This document shows positions 1 to 12,681 of a stretch of DNA of 64,000 bases, piece after piece. Origin of the DNA: Octopus sinensis. Lineage: Eukaryota. Both the position numbers and the translations under genes were made by a program. The stretch spans positions 70,246,001-70,310,000 of the forward strand of contig NC_043000.1 in NCBI RefSeq assembly GCF_006345805.1. The letters run 5' to 3'. Below the pieces are notes generated by a model, which ran no database searches, was not told where the DNA came from, and saw only the letters and a list, made by a program, of their open reading frames with translations. Numbering within the stretch: the first letter of the stretch is position 1; every line of letters begins with the position of its first letter.

Positions 1-849
1 GCGTTCGAAGAGAACAAGTTTATTTTACAATGCAGCAATTCATCTAAGTTTCAAGCTAATTTTGTCTAAATTGATCCATAACGCCAGTGATTCTTTATGC
101 CATTACTTCCTGTCAGTTACAGGATATGCACAACAAATTTGTTTGATAGTTGTTCGTTGCATTTTCAACACTGCCATATTTTCTCTCTCAGTTCCTCCAG
201 TTGTGGTTGTAGTGGTAATTGCATGCTTTCTGGAAAGAGATGTCAGTAAATCCTTCATTGATACATATCTATGATCATTTGAGGTCATACAACTGACTCT
301 TTTTACAAGATGGTTGCATGAGATGCATTAAATTTAAAATGTTATTAACTCATCATTCTCTACATATTGTTGAGTAAATCAATAGTTGTCATAGTTTACT
401 ACTAAACATTCTCTTTATTGTTTTACAACAAAAATCTCATTGTTCTACAGCTCAAATATCATTGTTTTACCCATAAAATCTCATTTAAAAAGAACATATC
501 GTTTCCGTCTCAAGAAAATATCTTCAGTAAGGTTCTGTTTATACGTTTTCGTTAATCAATGTCGAAACTACCTAAAGAACTTTATATTTTTATTGTTTTC
601 TGCTCCTTATGAACAAAATTATAAACAATTCCTAGCAGGTAGTTCTCTGATATTTTCAACATAAAGCGCTCATGGCAGCATTTTCCAGGCCATGAGACTG
701 ATGAATGGAAAGGATAAAATTAACCACAGACTTGAAACCTGGCTCAAATGTTAGCAACAAAGTGAACGCTATGAAAAACAATCGATAGTCTTGTGATGGC
801 GCTAAAGCAGGCGACTGATTAAGTCTACCACTAAAAAAAAGAATGCTTC

Positions 850-1005
850 ATACGACAGGATTCCTCATAATTTTATCAAGTAAATTTTATTCAAATTTCA
901 TTGTGACACGAGACTATGGTAGAAGACATTGCCTCAAGGTGCGACAGAGTGGCTTTGAAGCTTAAACTACGTAGTTGCAAAGAGAATTACATACAACCAT
1001 GCCTT
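850..1005 (-). mobile_element. Degenerate tRNA-derived CORE-type SINE
   Basis: Minus strand reads GGCATGGTTGTATG...GCACCTTGAGGCAATGTCTTCTACCATAG, resembling a tRNA head followed by the CORE-like CCTTGGGCAAGTGTCTTCTACTATAG motif; heavily diverged. Confidence 0.5.
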
Positions 1006-3304
1006 GACATAGGAATGGCCGTGTCTATACTTGGCTGTATGTTTTCCATTGTGTTATTTGAGCTTACATTTCAAAACTAGTGGACCACGTTTAAGGAAAT
1101 AACCAAAAGCAACAACAAAGGCAAATTTTAGTTGCCCACAGTCTTCATAACACTTCATATAAATAATATAGTGATCATTAGTTTATTTAACAGAATAACA
1201 AATGAAAGGGAATATCATTGATGTAGAGTTTTTTGATCCACTTTTGGTAAAGATTACTGTATACAGCTATTTTAAAAATCACTTGAATAACCGTGAATAT
1301 CTATCGACACGTCTGGTAAGAGTTGCTATATCACGACTTTTTATAAATATTTGAACTGCTAATTTTTATATAGACTATATAAATATAACATCACAAAATT
1401 ATGCATGTAATAACACAAAATAATTTAATTATTTCTTGAATTACTAATTAGTCATGTTCCCGATATACTTCAACTAGTAACATTTACTTATTTAACATAA
1501 CTTAATATTAGTCCTTTGGGATGCTGAACGTTCACAAATTATAGAGATTCTTTCACTAAAGAGAGTTTATATCCTCGGGTTGGCTGCATTTCTTGTTCGG
1601 CAGCACTTGAACTCCAAGTCGTGATATATTTTAACGTATGTATTGAATTATACTCGTTGTTATAACACTCAACTAATTGGCTACTTCCCCTTGTTTCTTA
1701 ATTTTAATCATGTAGCGTAAAGAAATTTAATGAAATTCTTGCCTATACACGAGATGGCTCAGTTATTGGGTTTCACATTGTAAATATGCATGTGTGTGTG
1801 CCTGTGTGTGTGTGTATTTGCATGCGTGAGTGCATGCGTATGTGTCAGAGAGAGAGAATGTGTAAGTTTGTGTGTTCGTATGTGCACATATACATCTGTA
1901 TATATGAACGTATACACATACATGCACATATGTAAATATATGCTTATTATATATGATTATCCATAGACATATCTATGTATGTGCGTAAAGAAATAAAGAC
2001 AGAAACAGAGAGAGAGGTATTTTAACAATCCCCGCAGTCAACACCAAATCTATTAGATTTAAAATCCAGTTCGTAATGTAAAACAATACTAAATATATTA
2101 TTGAACAACCTCTGATAAAACTTCTAAGTATTACAATAAAATACTAGAGTGAATTTGTTATTGAAACAGGCGCAGCAATGAAACAAACATAGAAAACGTA
2201 GCAACTGCTCTAACTCGTCTCTTAGAAAATTTGTAAAATTAGACATAGTTAAACATATTTTGTCCTTCCTTACGTATTAATTATAAGAGTCACAAATTTC
2301 TTGGCAAAAATACCGTCAACATTACCTACAACTATATGGAAATTGTTGACAGCGTTATAATGGGTAAATTTTATTTTGGAGAATCATTTCGAATAATATG
2401 CTAATTTTAAGTGTAATTATAAGCATAGCCGGACACAACTAGATTAAAACTGCAGACGGGTAGCGTAATAACAGAAAAATGCTATATTTATATGAATACA
2501 GATTTAAAATTTGTTCCCTCAGTTATACATCTATCTTCAGGGACGAGGTTGAGAGGAATGCTTCAGTCTTGTCCAGTTACATATGGTAACTGACGAAAAA
2601 GATGAATTTACCCTTTCAACATTAACTTATCAATAATCATATATAATATACTTTACGTAAATTAGGGAAGAAATGGCAATGTTGTCTCTTCGACAAGTAC
2701 CATATATTAACAACATAAACAGGAAGGCGAATATATTATCAAAGTGTCGTAATTAGAATAGATTTTATCTAGTATTACACGGTAGAGCAATAGAGCCGGT
2801 TGAGAAACCAATAGTTTGCAGCATGCTTGGTTCTGTGTACCAAGGAAGAAACCAATAATGTTAGTAATAAGCTGGAAATTAGTATCTAACCATCTCAGGT
2901 CGCTGAATTCAAGTATGGAGGCCGTTAGTATGAAACTGTCCTTTGTTCATTGTACAAATATCATCTGGATATTTATATTCGTTCTGGCATAACTGTTGAA
3001 GTAATTGCAATGTAGTGAGCTTTAACTATAATGTGATACTGTTTGGGAATATTCTTTCATATTTTGTTACTTGTAGTGAAAAGTTGAAGGATTCTTGGGC
3101 AGCATTTTCTTTTTTTAACCATGTGGACACCGCCGGATTGAAGGGTGCTGCCCAGGTGTCGAAACCATAATTATAAAGAAGAAAGTACTCGTAGATTCAG
3201 AGTATAGTGTACATCACTTACTTTGGTATTGTTTGGTTTTCTTCAAACGTAACCTAATTACGCTTGGACAATGCTTAAATATTAGTGTCTAGTTTGGGAG
3301 GATC

Positions 3305-3353
<49 letters not shown>

Positions 3354-3399
3354 GTATATATGTATATATATGTATATATTGTTGAGCAACAGATTCCTA

Positions 3400-4040
3400 C
3401 AGAAAAATCTGTAGTTTGTTATCAGGGAGAGAATAAGTATTTAATTTTACCCTTTATTATTATTGATAATATAATTCTCTCCCTCATAATAAACTACAGG
3501 AATTTGGTGCTTGACAACACACGTGGGTGGGTGAGGGAGAATACGAAGCCTCATTCGTATGTTTTGAATTCGTTGGTACTGGATGTTGAAAATAGTTTGT
3601 CTGATGTTACTTGAATCAGATAGGTATGTTCGATTTCTTCAGTGCTCTCTAATTTGAAATATTGAAATCTTTGTGCTGAGGAAGAGAATAATAGAATGGA
3701 AATGTAATTCTTGCATCTCCATATCTATTAAACTCAGAAACGCGTCCACTAGTAATCAAATACCGGGTGAATTTTCGTTATTTTTCCTCTATGCCTACGT
3801 GAATTGTTTTTGAGTATACATTGTCTGGGAGATCCTTCTTATAGTAGAAGAAATAGCTAAATTCTTTAGCTGCTATTTCTAAAAGTTCGGTATATGGCAA
3901 AGCATATTTCTTTTGCTGAACCCTAATTATAATTATACTCGTAATTATATAAAGTAATGTTTAAGTTTACCATAAATGGTCCTTTTAACATGTTGAACAC
4001 TACTTGGTAGAATTATTAATTACTAATTAATTAATTAATG
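3400..4040 (+). mobile_element. Penelope terminal-repeat-like non-autonomous element with hammerhead motif
   Basis: Shares blocks (CCTTTATTATTATTGATAATATAAT, CACACGTGGGTG, GCTGCTATTTCTAAA, GCTGAACCCTAATTATAATTAT, CTACTTGGTA.AATTATTAATT) with 28930-29237 and 31137-31555; contains an HHR core at 3673-3749. Confidence 0.65.
3673..3749 (+). ncRNA. Minimal type I hammerhead ribozyme motif (GUC cleavage triplet)
   Basis: GTG-CTGAGGA-aGAG...CTCa-GAAA-CGCG-TC-CAC: stem I GTG/CAC, stem II GAG/CTC, palindromic stem III ACGCGT. Confidence 0.6.
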
Positions 4041-4539
4041 TTACCCTTCATTATATATATATATGAATTCTCGATCGGCATTTTTCGGACAATTAAGGTC
4101 CCAGTTTGTGTATATGTTTTCATTCATGCGCACATACTGCATTAGAACGCTTTAGTTCTTATTTCTAGCAATGTAGATGTTTCCTAACATCTAAGTCATA
4201 TCTAGTGACAATTATAATTCTCCTTTTTCTTGAAACATTGCAAGCTGCTGTTTATAGTAACGTTTCTGTGTATAGTTCTGTGAAATATGTTTTGAAATAC
4301 AAGCTACGCTGAGGATTTACAGATACTTGCATTTTGCATTTTGCAAGTATTAATAATGAAATCATGATGCGTAGGGAATCATTTTATTTTGTAAATTTTC
4401 ATTTGCCTTGCTTATTTTTTAAATTTTGGCGTTTGCTAGGTTTTTTCTTGAAAACACACTCTTTGTAATAAGGCGATTTGACGTCTATTTCTAGCGAATA
4501 GGAATCCACTTTAGTGGTCACTCCTCCTATTAATTGTAA

Positions 4540-4725
<186 letters not shown>

Positions 4726-4960
4726 GGCGCGTGGCTTAGTGGTTAGGGTGTCAGCATCATGATCGTAAGATTGTGGTTTCGATTCCTGGACCTGGCGACA
4801 CGTTGTGTTCTTGAGCAAAACACTTCATTTCACGTTGCTCCAGTCCACTCAGCTGGCAAAAATGAGTAACGCTGCGATGGACTGGCGTCCCGTCCAGCTG
4901 GAGAACACATACGCCATAGAAACCAGGAAACTGGGCCCATGACCCTGACTAGGTTTAAAA
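4726..4960 (+). mobile_element. tRNA-derived SINE with CORE-like and V/Meta-like central domains
   Basis: A-box GTGGCTTAGTGG, B-box-like GGTTTCGATTCC, then TGTGTTCTTGAGCAAAACACTT (CORE-like) and GCTGCGATGGACTGGCGTCCCGTCCAG (V/Meta-like). Confidence 0.8.
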
Positions 4961-4989
4961 GGGCGAATTTATATATACACAGACACAGA

Positions 4990-5067
4990 GGTATATTTGT
5001 AGACTTACACACATACACATACACACACACACAAGCACGCACACACACACGCATACACACACACACG

Positions 5068-5116
<49 letters not shown>

Positions 5117-5135
5117 CACACACACACACACACAC

Positions 5136-5203
<68 letters not shown>
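4990..5203. repeat. Compound (CA)n-(TA)n microsatellite
   Basis: Directly visible. Confidence 0.95.
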
Positions 5204-5204
<1 letters not shown>

Positions 5205-5279
5205 AAAGTTTAGATTCAGATGAATATGGTACTTAAGTTAAAGGCACCAGAATTTTGTATATAAATCAAATGGGGTGAT

Positions 5280-5488
5280 TATAATCAAAATAAGCAACAA
5301 GGATATCCAAAGTAGAATAGTACAATTGTTTCATGCTACTTCATTTTATTAAACACTGTAATTCTATATGTGGCTGAAGATTGCTCGACATTTTAAAACT
5401 GATGTAATACTTACAGTGTTTAATAAAATGAAGTAGCATGAAACAATTGTACTACTCTACCTTGGATATCCTTGTTGCTTATTTTGAT

Positions 5489-5492
<4 letters not shown>
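5280..5492. repeat. Foldback palindrome: 82-bp arms, 49-bp loop
   Basis: 5280-5361 is the reverse complement of 5411-5492 with 2 mismatches. Confidence 0.9.
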
Positions 5493-5576
<84 letters not shown>

Positions 5577-7683
5577 TGTGTGTGTTTGTGTGTGTGTGTA
5601 TGTGTACATATAAACTTTAAAAGACATATTTACAGAGCCACAAATATTTAGAGTCCTTTCAGAGGCAAACCTACTAAATCTATAATATCAAATACTTGTT
5701 TCATATATCAGAGTTTTCGATTAATAGAAACCTTAAATTATTAGAATACCAGACTTGAAGTTGCAGCTATCGGTTGGTGAAGTGAGGAACTTTAGTTGAA
5801 TAGTTAACAGAGTTTCTTTTGTGTTATGCATTCCGATAACATGACTTGGTGATGTGTAATAAATAGATCAATTAAGATTTAAACAAGAGGTTATGACAGC
5901 TAGCCTTATACAGATGACAAGAATCTACTTCAAACGTATATATTAGTGCGTGGGATCAATATAGATAAAATTCTCTCATATTACTTTGTTCCTCGATGTC
6001 AATATTTTGAACTTATCCCCACGCGCGCGCATCATATATATTTATGTATATATGTGTGTGTGTGCGTATATATATTTACATGTGTGCACGCTTTGGCTTT
6101 AACGAGAGCGTATAATCAGAGTAATTCTTCAATAGGATACTCATGATCGATATATATCCAATGTGGATCTTCAATATGACAATTCTCTGACAGTGAAAAT
6201 TCCTCCTGTGAATTAAAAAAACTATTTTACATAAGAAAACCAAGAATAACATATAGTAGGTTATGTTCTTAGCATTGCGAACAGCTAGAGAAATATATAA
6301 GGCATTCATAACAAATAATAGAAGCAAAAATATGCAAGTTATTAGATTTAAAGTTGTAAGATAGTGTACAGGATAACCACTGGTGCAATTAATCAAAGTA
6401 TGTGGTTTTAGCTTATGTAAGATGCGAATGAGTTTTCACAATTTTAGAATACACAGACACTAAATTGGCAAACAAATTACACCAGTTTTTAAGATTCTTC
6501 TTTTAAACGTGTTCTTACATTGCTCTCTAATATCCTCCATCACATTCTCATCGTGTGAGAATATGATATCCAGTAGATGTATGTCACCTTTACTACATAG
6601 AATGATTCTTTTTTTTTTAATATTTGTACTATTACGATGTGTTCAAATACAACAAAATTACTTTATGGCTGGCATCAAAAATGTGGTAATGATTCAGATT
6701 ATATGCTTGTTATGTAAATGATCGGGAAATTACCTAAAGATACTTTCTGAATGAAAAAACATAACTAAGTTAGGAAGAATATACTTCATGATTAATTAAA
6801 CTTACATCTGTAGTGAAGATCAAAAATCATTAACTTCAAATGATTAATTCTTTCTAAGAAATTCAAGACAGATTACTCCGGAGTCATTTTAAAGGTCTTT
6901 CACCACAAAAATTATGCCCTTCAGTTATTCAAAAGATGATGATTATTACCACTGACTTCTATCCTCAAGGTGTTTTGCTCAATACGATAATGTGTATAAC
7001 ATTCTTGGGAATGCTAGCTAATAAAAATACATCCTTACTAACGAAAGCAATCATTTTCTAAATGAGTACTTCTAATCAAGAAAGGACCGAGACAACACCG
7101 AAAGATAGAGTCAATTAAATATGAAATGTGGGGGAGTGAATCTGATCTTTAACAGTATGTCGAGAGTGCTAATTTGAGACGTGTTTTGCTCATATGGGAC
7201 CTCCTCAGTGGAGCATGATTTTAGATACTATATGACCAGAGAGGCTTATAGAATTATTTGTGAATGAACACACAGTGGCGTTGCAAATTAAACAAATCAC
7301 TCCGATAAAGAAAACCTAATAGTAAAGTGGGTGCTAGCACACCAGATGTAGAAAACCAAGGAATTTTGATTAATCAAAATTATATCCTTGATGATACGTA
7401 ATTTATGAGGCTTAAAAAACTATACTATTGTGAATTTGATCTTTTTTTCTGTCTTCGGGAGTGAACAAGGACTCAAAGAAAGTATATTTGATAATATCTT
7501 TTTACAGAGGTGGTAGCAGTCCACTATCGGAAAAGTGAAATGGCAACCGATGAAGAAATATGTTTCATCGACAGTGTAAAAACTAGCAATATTAAGATGA
7601 ACAGTATTGATTCCTTGATGAATAACAACAGTGATAACCATTATTCACGCCACAGCATCGACGATCAAAGATTCACAGTCCTT

Positions 7684-8300
7684 TCAGAAACTAATCAATG
7701 CCTTATATACAGAATAACAAAACTCTGGTGCGGCTAATATTATATGGTTGCTTTCACTGAACGTAACTATATAAACTGAAGAATGACATGGATGGTCTCG
7801 GTATACAAGTAGTTCCTGATGTGCACACATAAGTAAGGCTAGATATCTACAAATAGCAGGCGTGATTACCATTTTGTCAGACACGCTTTTCCTCAGATCG
7901 TCTCTTTGACGGAGTTGCACTCTTATGTCATGAGGAGATTAAGACTGACCGCCAGGCATTTGTAATGCTGTCAGACACTCACAGCCCTCTACCAGTCGGT
8001 AATACAGTTGGTAGAATTTCCACTTTGACGTCTTATAGTGTTAGTGGAGATTGACAACATTCTCGGGGAAAGTCAAGGTGTCGAGGAGAATCGACTAGCT
8101 GGCCAGTTCCTAAAAACTTTCAACCCAGGCATGGCCGTGAGAGATGAACATTGCCGATTCGTGATAAACTCTAAAGGCCTGTATATCAGTTCACCGTGAA
8201 GATCTCTTCATCACTCTCCTTTCCCGGGAAAGGCAAGCAGTTTTCCTCTCTGTTTGGTGTCTCTAGTGAGAAAAGTTTGTGTTATGAATGAGACTGAAAG
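7684..8300 (-). mobile_element. Possible degenerate L1/Tx1-like LINE 3' fragment
   Basis: Broken minus-strand peptides FYQLYYRLVEG, ECNSVKETI and KALISF resemble the C-terminal zinc-finger region of non-LTR ORF2; many stops and frameshifts. Confidence 0.3.
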
Positions 8301-8329
8301 AACTAAAAATAGATCATTTTCTTTCCTGT

Positions 8330-8640
8330 AAGTCTCTTGTTAACTTTTTCTAGCTTAACTTGCAAAGGAAGGTGAATGTGGAAATATTCCCTACTTATGT
8401 TGACTTCGCCGGGCTTATCTTGGCCTGATGTTAGTATAGTTCCCAATTTTGGCATACTCTTTTATAGGAGCTGGATAACATCTTCATGAGTGTGACAACA
8501 TATTCATGAGCGTGACAAACCATCATATGCTTTTTGGTAATCGATCCATGCTATAGCTAGGTTTTTCGCCCTGCTTTTGTCGTCTCGAAAGACTTGCTGA
8601 TCTATATATAATAGGTCGTTTGTCCTTCCGGAGCTTTTTC
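8330..8640 (-). mobile_element. Degenerate R4/Dong-like LINE RT fragment
   Basis: Minus-strand translation DLLYIDQQVFRDDKSRAKNLAIAWIDYQKAYD and a downstream GEVNI match RT motifs of REL-endonuclease LINEs (consensus type NLxMAWIDYKKAYD). Confidence 0.65.
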
Positions 8641-9559
8641 TGCTATCAAGAAGATCTTTGGTTACATATATATTAAGTTTTTTATATAAGTAAAAACCAC
8701 GAATGTGTGAAGTTTTTTACATAAAAATACACACCTATGTGGGCTAAACAAGAACAATAATATATTAACAGAGCGCTTATATGGTTGTTTTTTGTCCTAC
8801 TAGAAATAACAAACGAATCCCCATCAAGTACTATATCATGAAAAAAGAAGGGATACATTGGATAATGAAGTCCTTGTGAAAGAAGGACTAGTTGCTACGC
8901 ATTTGATCACCAGCCTTACTCAATCAGAGCCGAATTGGGTAAATAACAATAGCAAGTATATACGAACCACTAATTTTAGACTTCTGCAGTATTAAAGACA
9001 AGATAAATTTCTATTGCATGCAAACTCAAAACATATACAGAAAGATGCGTCTACTCCTTAATTTATTCTCTCTCTTTTTCTTTCTTTATCTCTCTCTCCA
9101 TCTATCATCTATTTATCTTGCTCTATCTTTGAATTTCTCTTTCGCCCTCTCTTTCACTCTCTCTATCCTTTTCTTTCTCTCTCTCTTTCAAACACTCTCT
9201 CTATATATATGTATAGAGAGAGAGAGAGAAAGAGAAAGAGAAAAGGATAGAGAGTGAAAGAGATAGAGCAAGATAAATAAAGATTATATATATATATATA
9301 TATATTAAGGTATGTAGAAAAATACAACATGGACAAGAACGTATAACTCATAGAAGACGATACAATAAACATGGACAGGACATTCGAACCCCTCAGTCTT
9401 CAGTCAAGAACCGGATCATCGTAGTAATTTCGATAGAGAGAGAGAGAGAGAGAGAAGGAGAGAGAGAGCAAAAGGGAAAGACAGAGTGAACGAGAGGGGG
9501 AATGAGAAATTCAGAGATAGAGAAGATAAAGAAAGAAAACTAATGAGGTATATATATAT

Positions 9560-10260
9560 CTTGAATTGGCAACTAAGTTCTCGCGGTTTTTTTAATTAAA
9601 ATTTTTAAAAGGTTTAATAAAAAATAACAACTAATTAATCAATAATGTATTCACCCTTGTTGTTTACAACTTTTTCCCAACGTTCAACAAAATTTTCAAT
9701 ACCTCGTTGGTAGAAATCACCCGATTTCGACTCGAGAAATTTATCCAACCAAGCTCTCAATTCTGCATCAGTATAGCATTTGAAAGAGATCGAAAGAGGT
9801 GGAAATCTGTTGGTGCCAAATCAGGAGAGTACGGCGGGTGTAGCAGCACTTCCTAGCCATGTGTTTGAATGGCTTCTTTGGTCATATTGGCGATATGAGG
9901 ACGGGCGTTGTCGTGCAGTAGAACTCCATGCTGCCGATTAGGTCTTTTCTTTTGAATAGCCGTGTTGAGTCTTCCGCGTTGACCGTTTGGTTCCGTTCAA
10001 GCAATTTGTAATGGATGATCCCTTCCCAATCCCACCATACGCACATCATTTTACGCGGTGAAGATCTTGTTTCACGCGCGGTGTCGCTTATTTACCGGGG
10101 CTAAGCCATTCCTTACGCTGCTTCATATCGATGTACAGGCACCATTTTTCGTCACTAGTAACAATTCGGTAAAAAAATCGTTTCTTGTGTCCATGAATTG
10201 AGCGCTGACGAGCAAGCAAACCAGCGGAAATTGTGACTGGTTGATTTTTGTTGCTGTCAC
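9560..10260 (-). mobile_element. Mariner (DD34D) transposase remnant, 3' half with TIR
   Basis: Minus-strand peptides VTSDEKWCLY, LLHDNARPH and HPPYSPDLAPTDFHLFRS; a TIR-like TTGAATTGGCAACTAAGT follows the TA tract at 9560. Confidence 0.85.
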
Positions 10261-10263
10261 TTA

Positions 10264-10755
10264 AAGATGTATCATACTACACCAAAATGAAGTTGGTCCT
10301 CTGTGGATCACATCCCTACTTCTCAACACAGTCACCGTCTCTCTCAATAATAATGTTCCACCTTCGAATGAGAGCAAGTATCCCTGCCCCGTAAAATTCT
10401 ATTGACTGTTCTTTGAGCCACTTCTTCACTACAGTTTTCACTTCCTTGTCACGGAAATAATGTTTGCCTCTCAAACCCTCTTTCATGGGGCCGAAGAGAT
10501 GATAGTCCAGTGACGAGGAAGTGAAAACTGTAGTGAAGAAGTGGCTCAAAGAACAGTCAGCAGAATTTTACGGGGCAGGGATACATGCACCTATTCGAAG
10601 GTGGAACATTGCTATTGAGAGAAACGGTGACTATGTTGAGAGGTAGGGATGTGATCCACAGAGGACCAGCTTCATTTTGGTGTATGATACATCTTCCTGT
10701 GTTGGTAATTATACCTGTCCTAAACAAAATCGCATTACTTTTTGACTTACCCTCG
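10264..10755. mobile_element. Second mariner family 3' end arranged as a foldback (two inverted copies of the transposase C-terminus) with TIR
   Basis: Arms 10264-10451 and 10511-10695 are reverse complements; the ORF 10316-10549 reads DYHLFGPMKEGLRGKHY...RRWNIIIERDGDCVEK; TIR TTTTTGACTTACCCTCG followed by TA. Confidence 0.85.
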
Positions 10756-11359
10756 TATATATACTTCATTAGTTTTCTTCCTTTATCTCTATTTTTTTCA
10801 TTTTCAGGAAGAACACGCCTCAAACAAGCTATTAAGATAAATTGTCATCCAAATCAATAACATTAATTCGGTAATATTAAAATCTTTTTGACCTGTTATA
10901 AAGATCCTATAAAATTTGAGGGAAACTAAAATGGGCACGTGTCATTTAGAACTTTGTCTTAGACATTAGCAATGTAAATGAAGTGAAATAGCTTTAGCAG
11001 GTTATTAAAACTGCGTTTTAGGCGCTCATCAATTAATGCTGTAATGCATCTTCCAAAATTGGAGTGTAAAATACTAAATTATTAAAACGCTACACCGAAA
11101 AGAAATGGCAACAAGTTCGCTCTTGCAAGCTTAGATGTTCAGCACGGTTAGAAATAGAATAAATGAGCATTATTAATTTTTAATTATTTAATTACTTCAG
11201 ATATTTTAAAACAACAATGCGGAGAATATGATAATGACAGGTTGCTTTCATTCTTGCTTGAGGTCAAAACATGATTAGAATTGAATCAAAATTAAATAAG
11301 GGAACAAACTTAAATGGACTAATTAAACCTAAAGGCCATGCTGAACCTGCTGCAGTGCA

Positions 11360-11827
<468 letters not shown>

Positions 11828-12641
11828 CTTGTTTGTTTTTGATTCTATTATCTTCTGAATCAAAACCTAGCAATTAATTATCTTGTGTCATATGATGTCG
11901 TCCATTATTAACTTATTTAATCAGAGAACTCTGAAGAGCTTTCGAGATATGCAAGGTTGTGTTGTTCAACTTAAAGTACTGTAACTAGAGGCTTGCAAAA
12001 AAGCACACCACATGAACATAGAATGATTTCTGTAGGAATGGAATTCTAGTTTTTTCACTTTCAAGCTTTGACACTATCTTCTGAATACATACCTCACGTC
12101 TCAAAACTATTTTACTCACTTTTTTACCTTTTGCTTATTGAAGAGATCCAGTTAATTTTAACCTTAATCTCTACCAACTCTTTACTCATGTTCCGTCTCA
12201 TGCCCCACATAACTAAAACTCTTGATTAGAGATTCTTCATCAACTGTAGCACTGCATTCTGGTTTCTTTGACAAAATTTCAACTTAGCTGAGCCCTGCTA
12301 CCCAATACTTATCCCACCACCAACACCACACTTAGCTGAGCCCTGCTCAACAATCCCCAACCAAAACGTCTGTATTGGGGATTTTGAGTAGTAATCCAAC
12401 AGATAAAATATGTTTTCCACTACTTTTTCTCCGATTCTGTCTCCACGCAATAAATCCCCTTTCACACTTCCCTTCGTTAAAATCTAATTTTTGTGACAAC
12501 AATTGTAATTTATTTGCATAGGTAAAAATGTGTTTCAACTCCAAACAAGCATAATGAAGATGTAAAATTATTCTTTACTGAAATACTGCTCAATAATATT
12601 GTATGTCAATTTCCCTTGCTCTCTTTACCACTCTTCCTCAC

Positions 12642-12681
<40 letters not shown>

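Noticed and set aside
103-288. Minus-strand 61-aa ORF with downstream AATAAA as a terminal exon
   Set aside because: No recognisable domain or convincing splice site; the length is expected by chance.
3120-3175. TTGAAGG...GTCGAAAC HHR-like string
   Set aside because: Stems I and III cannot be formed.
12347-12544. 65-aa ORF faintly like a pogo/CENP-B HTH
   Set aside because: Similarity is too weak to support without a profile search.
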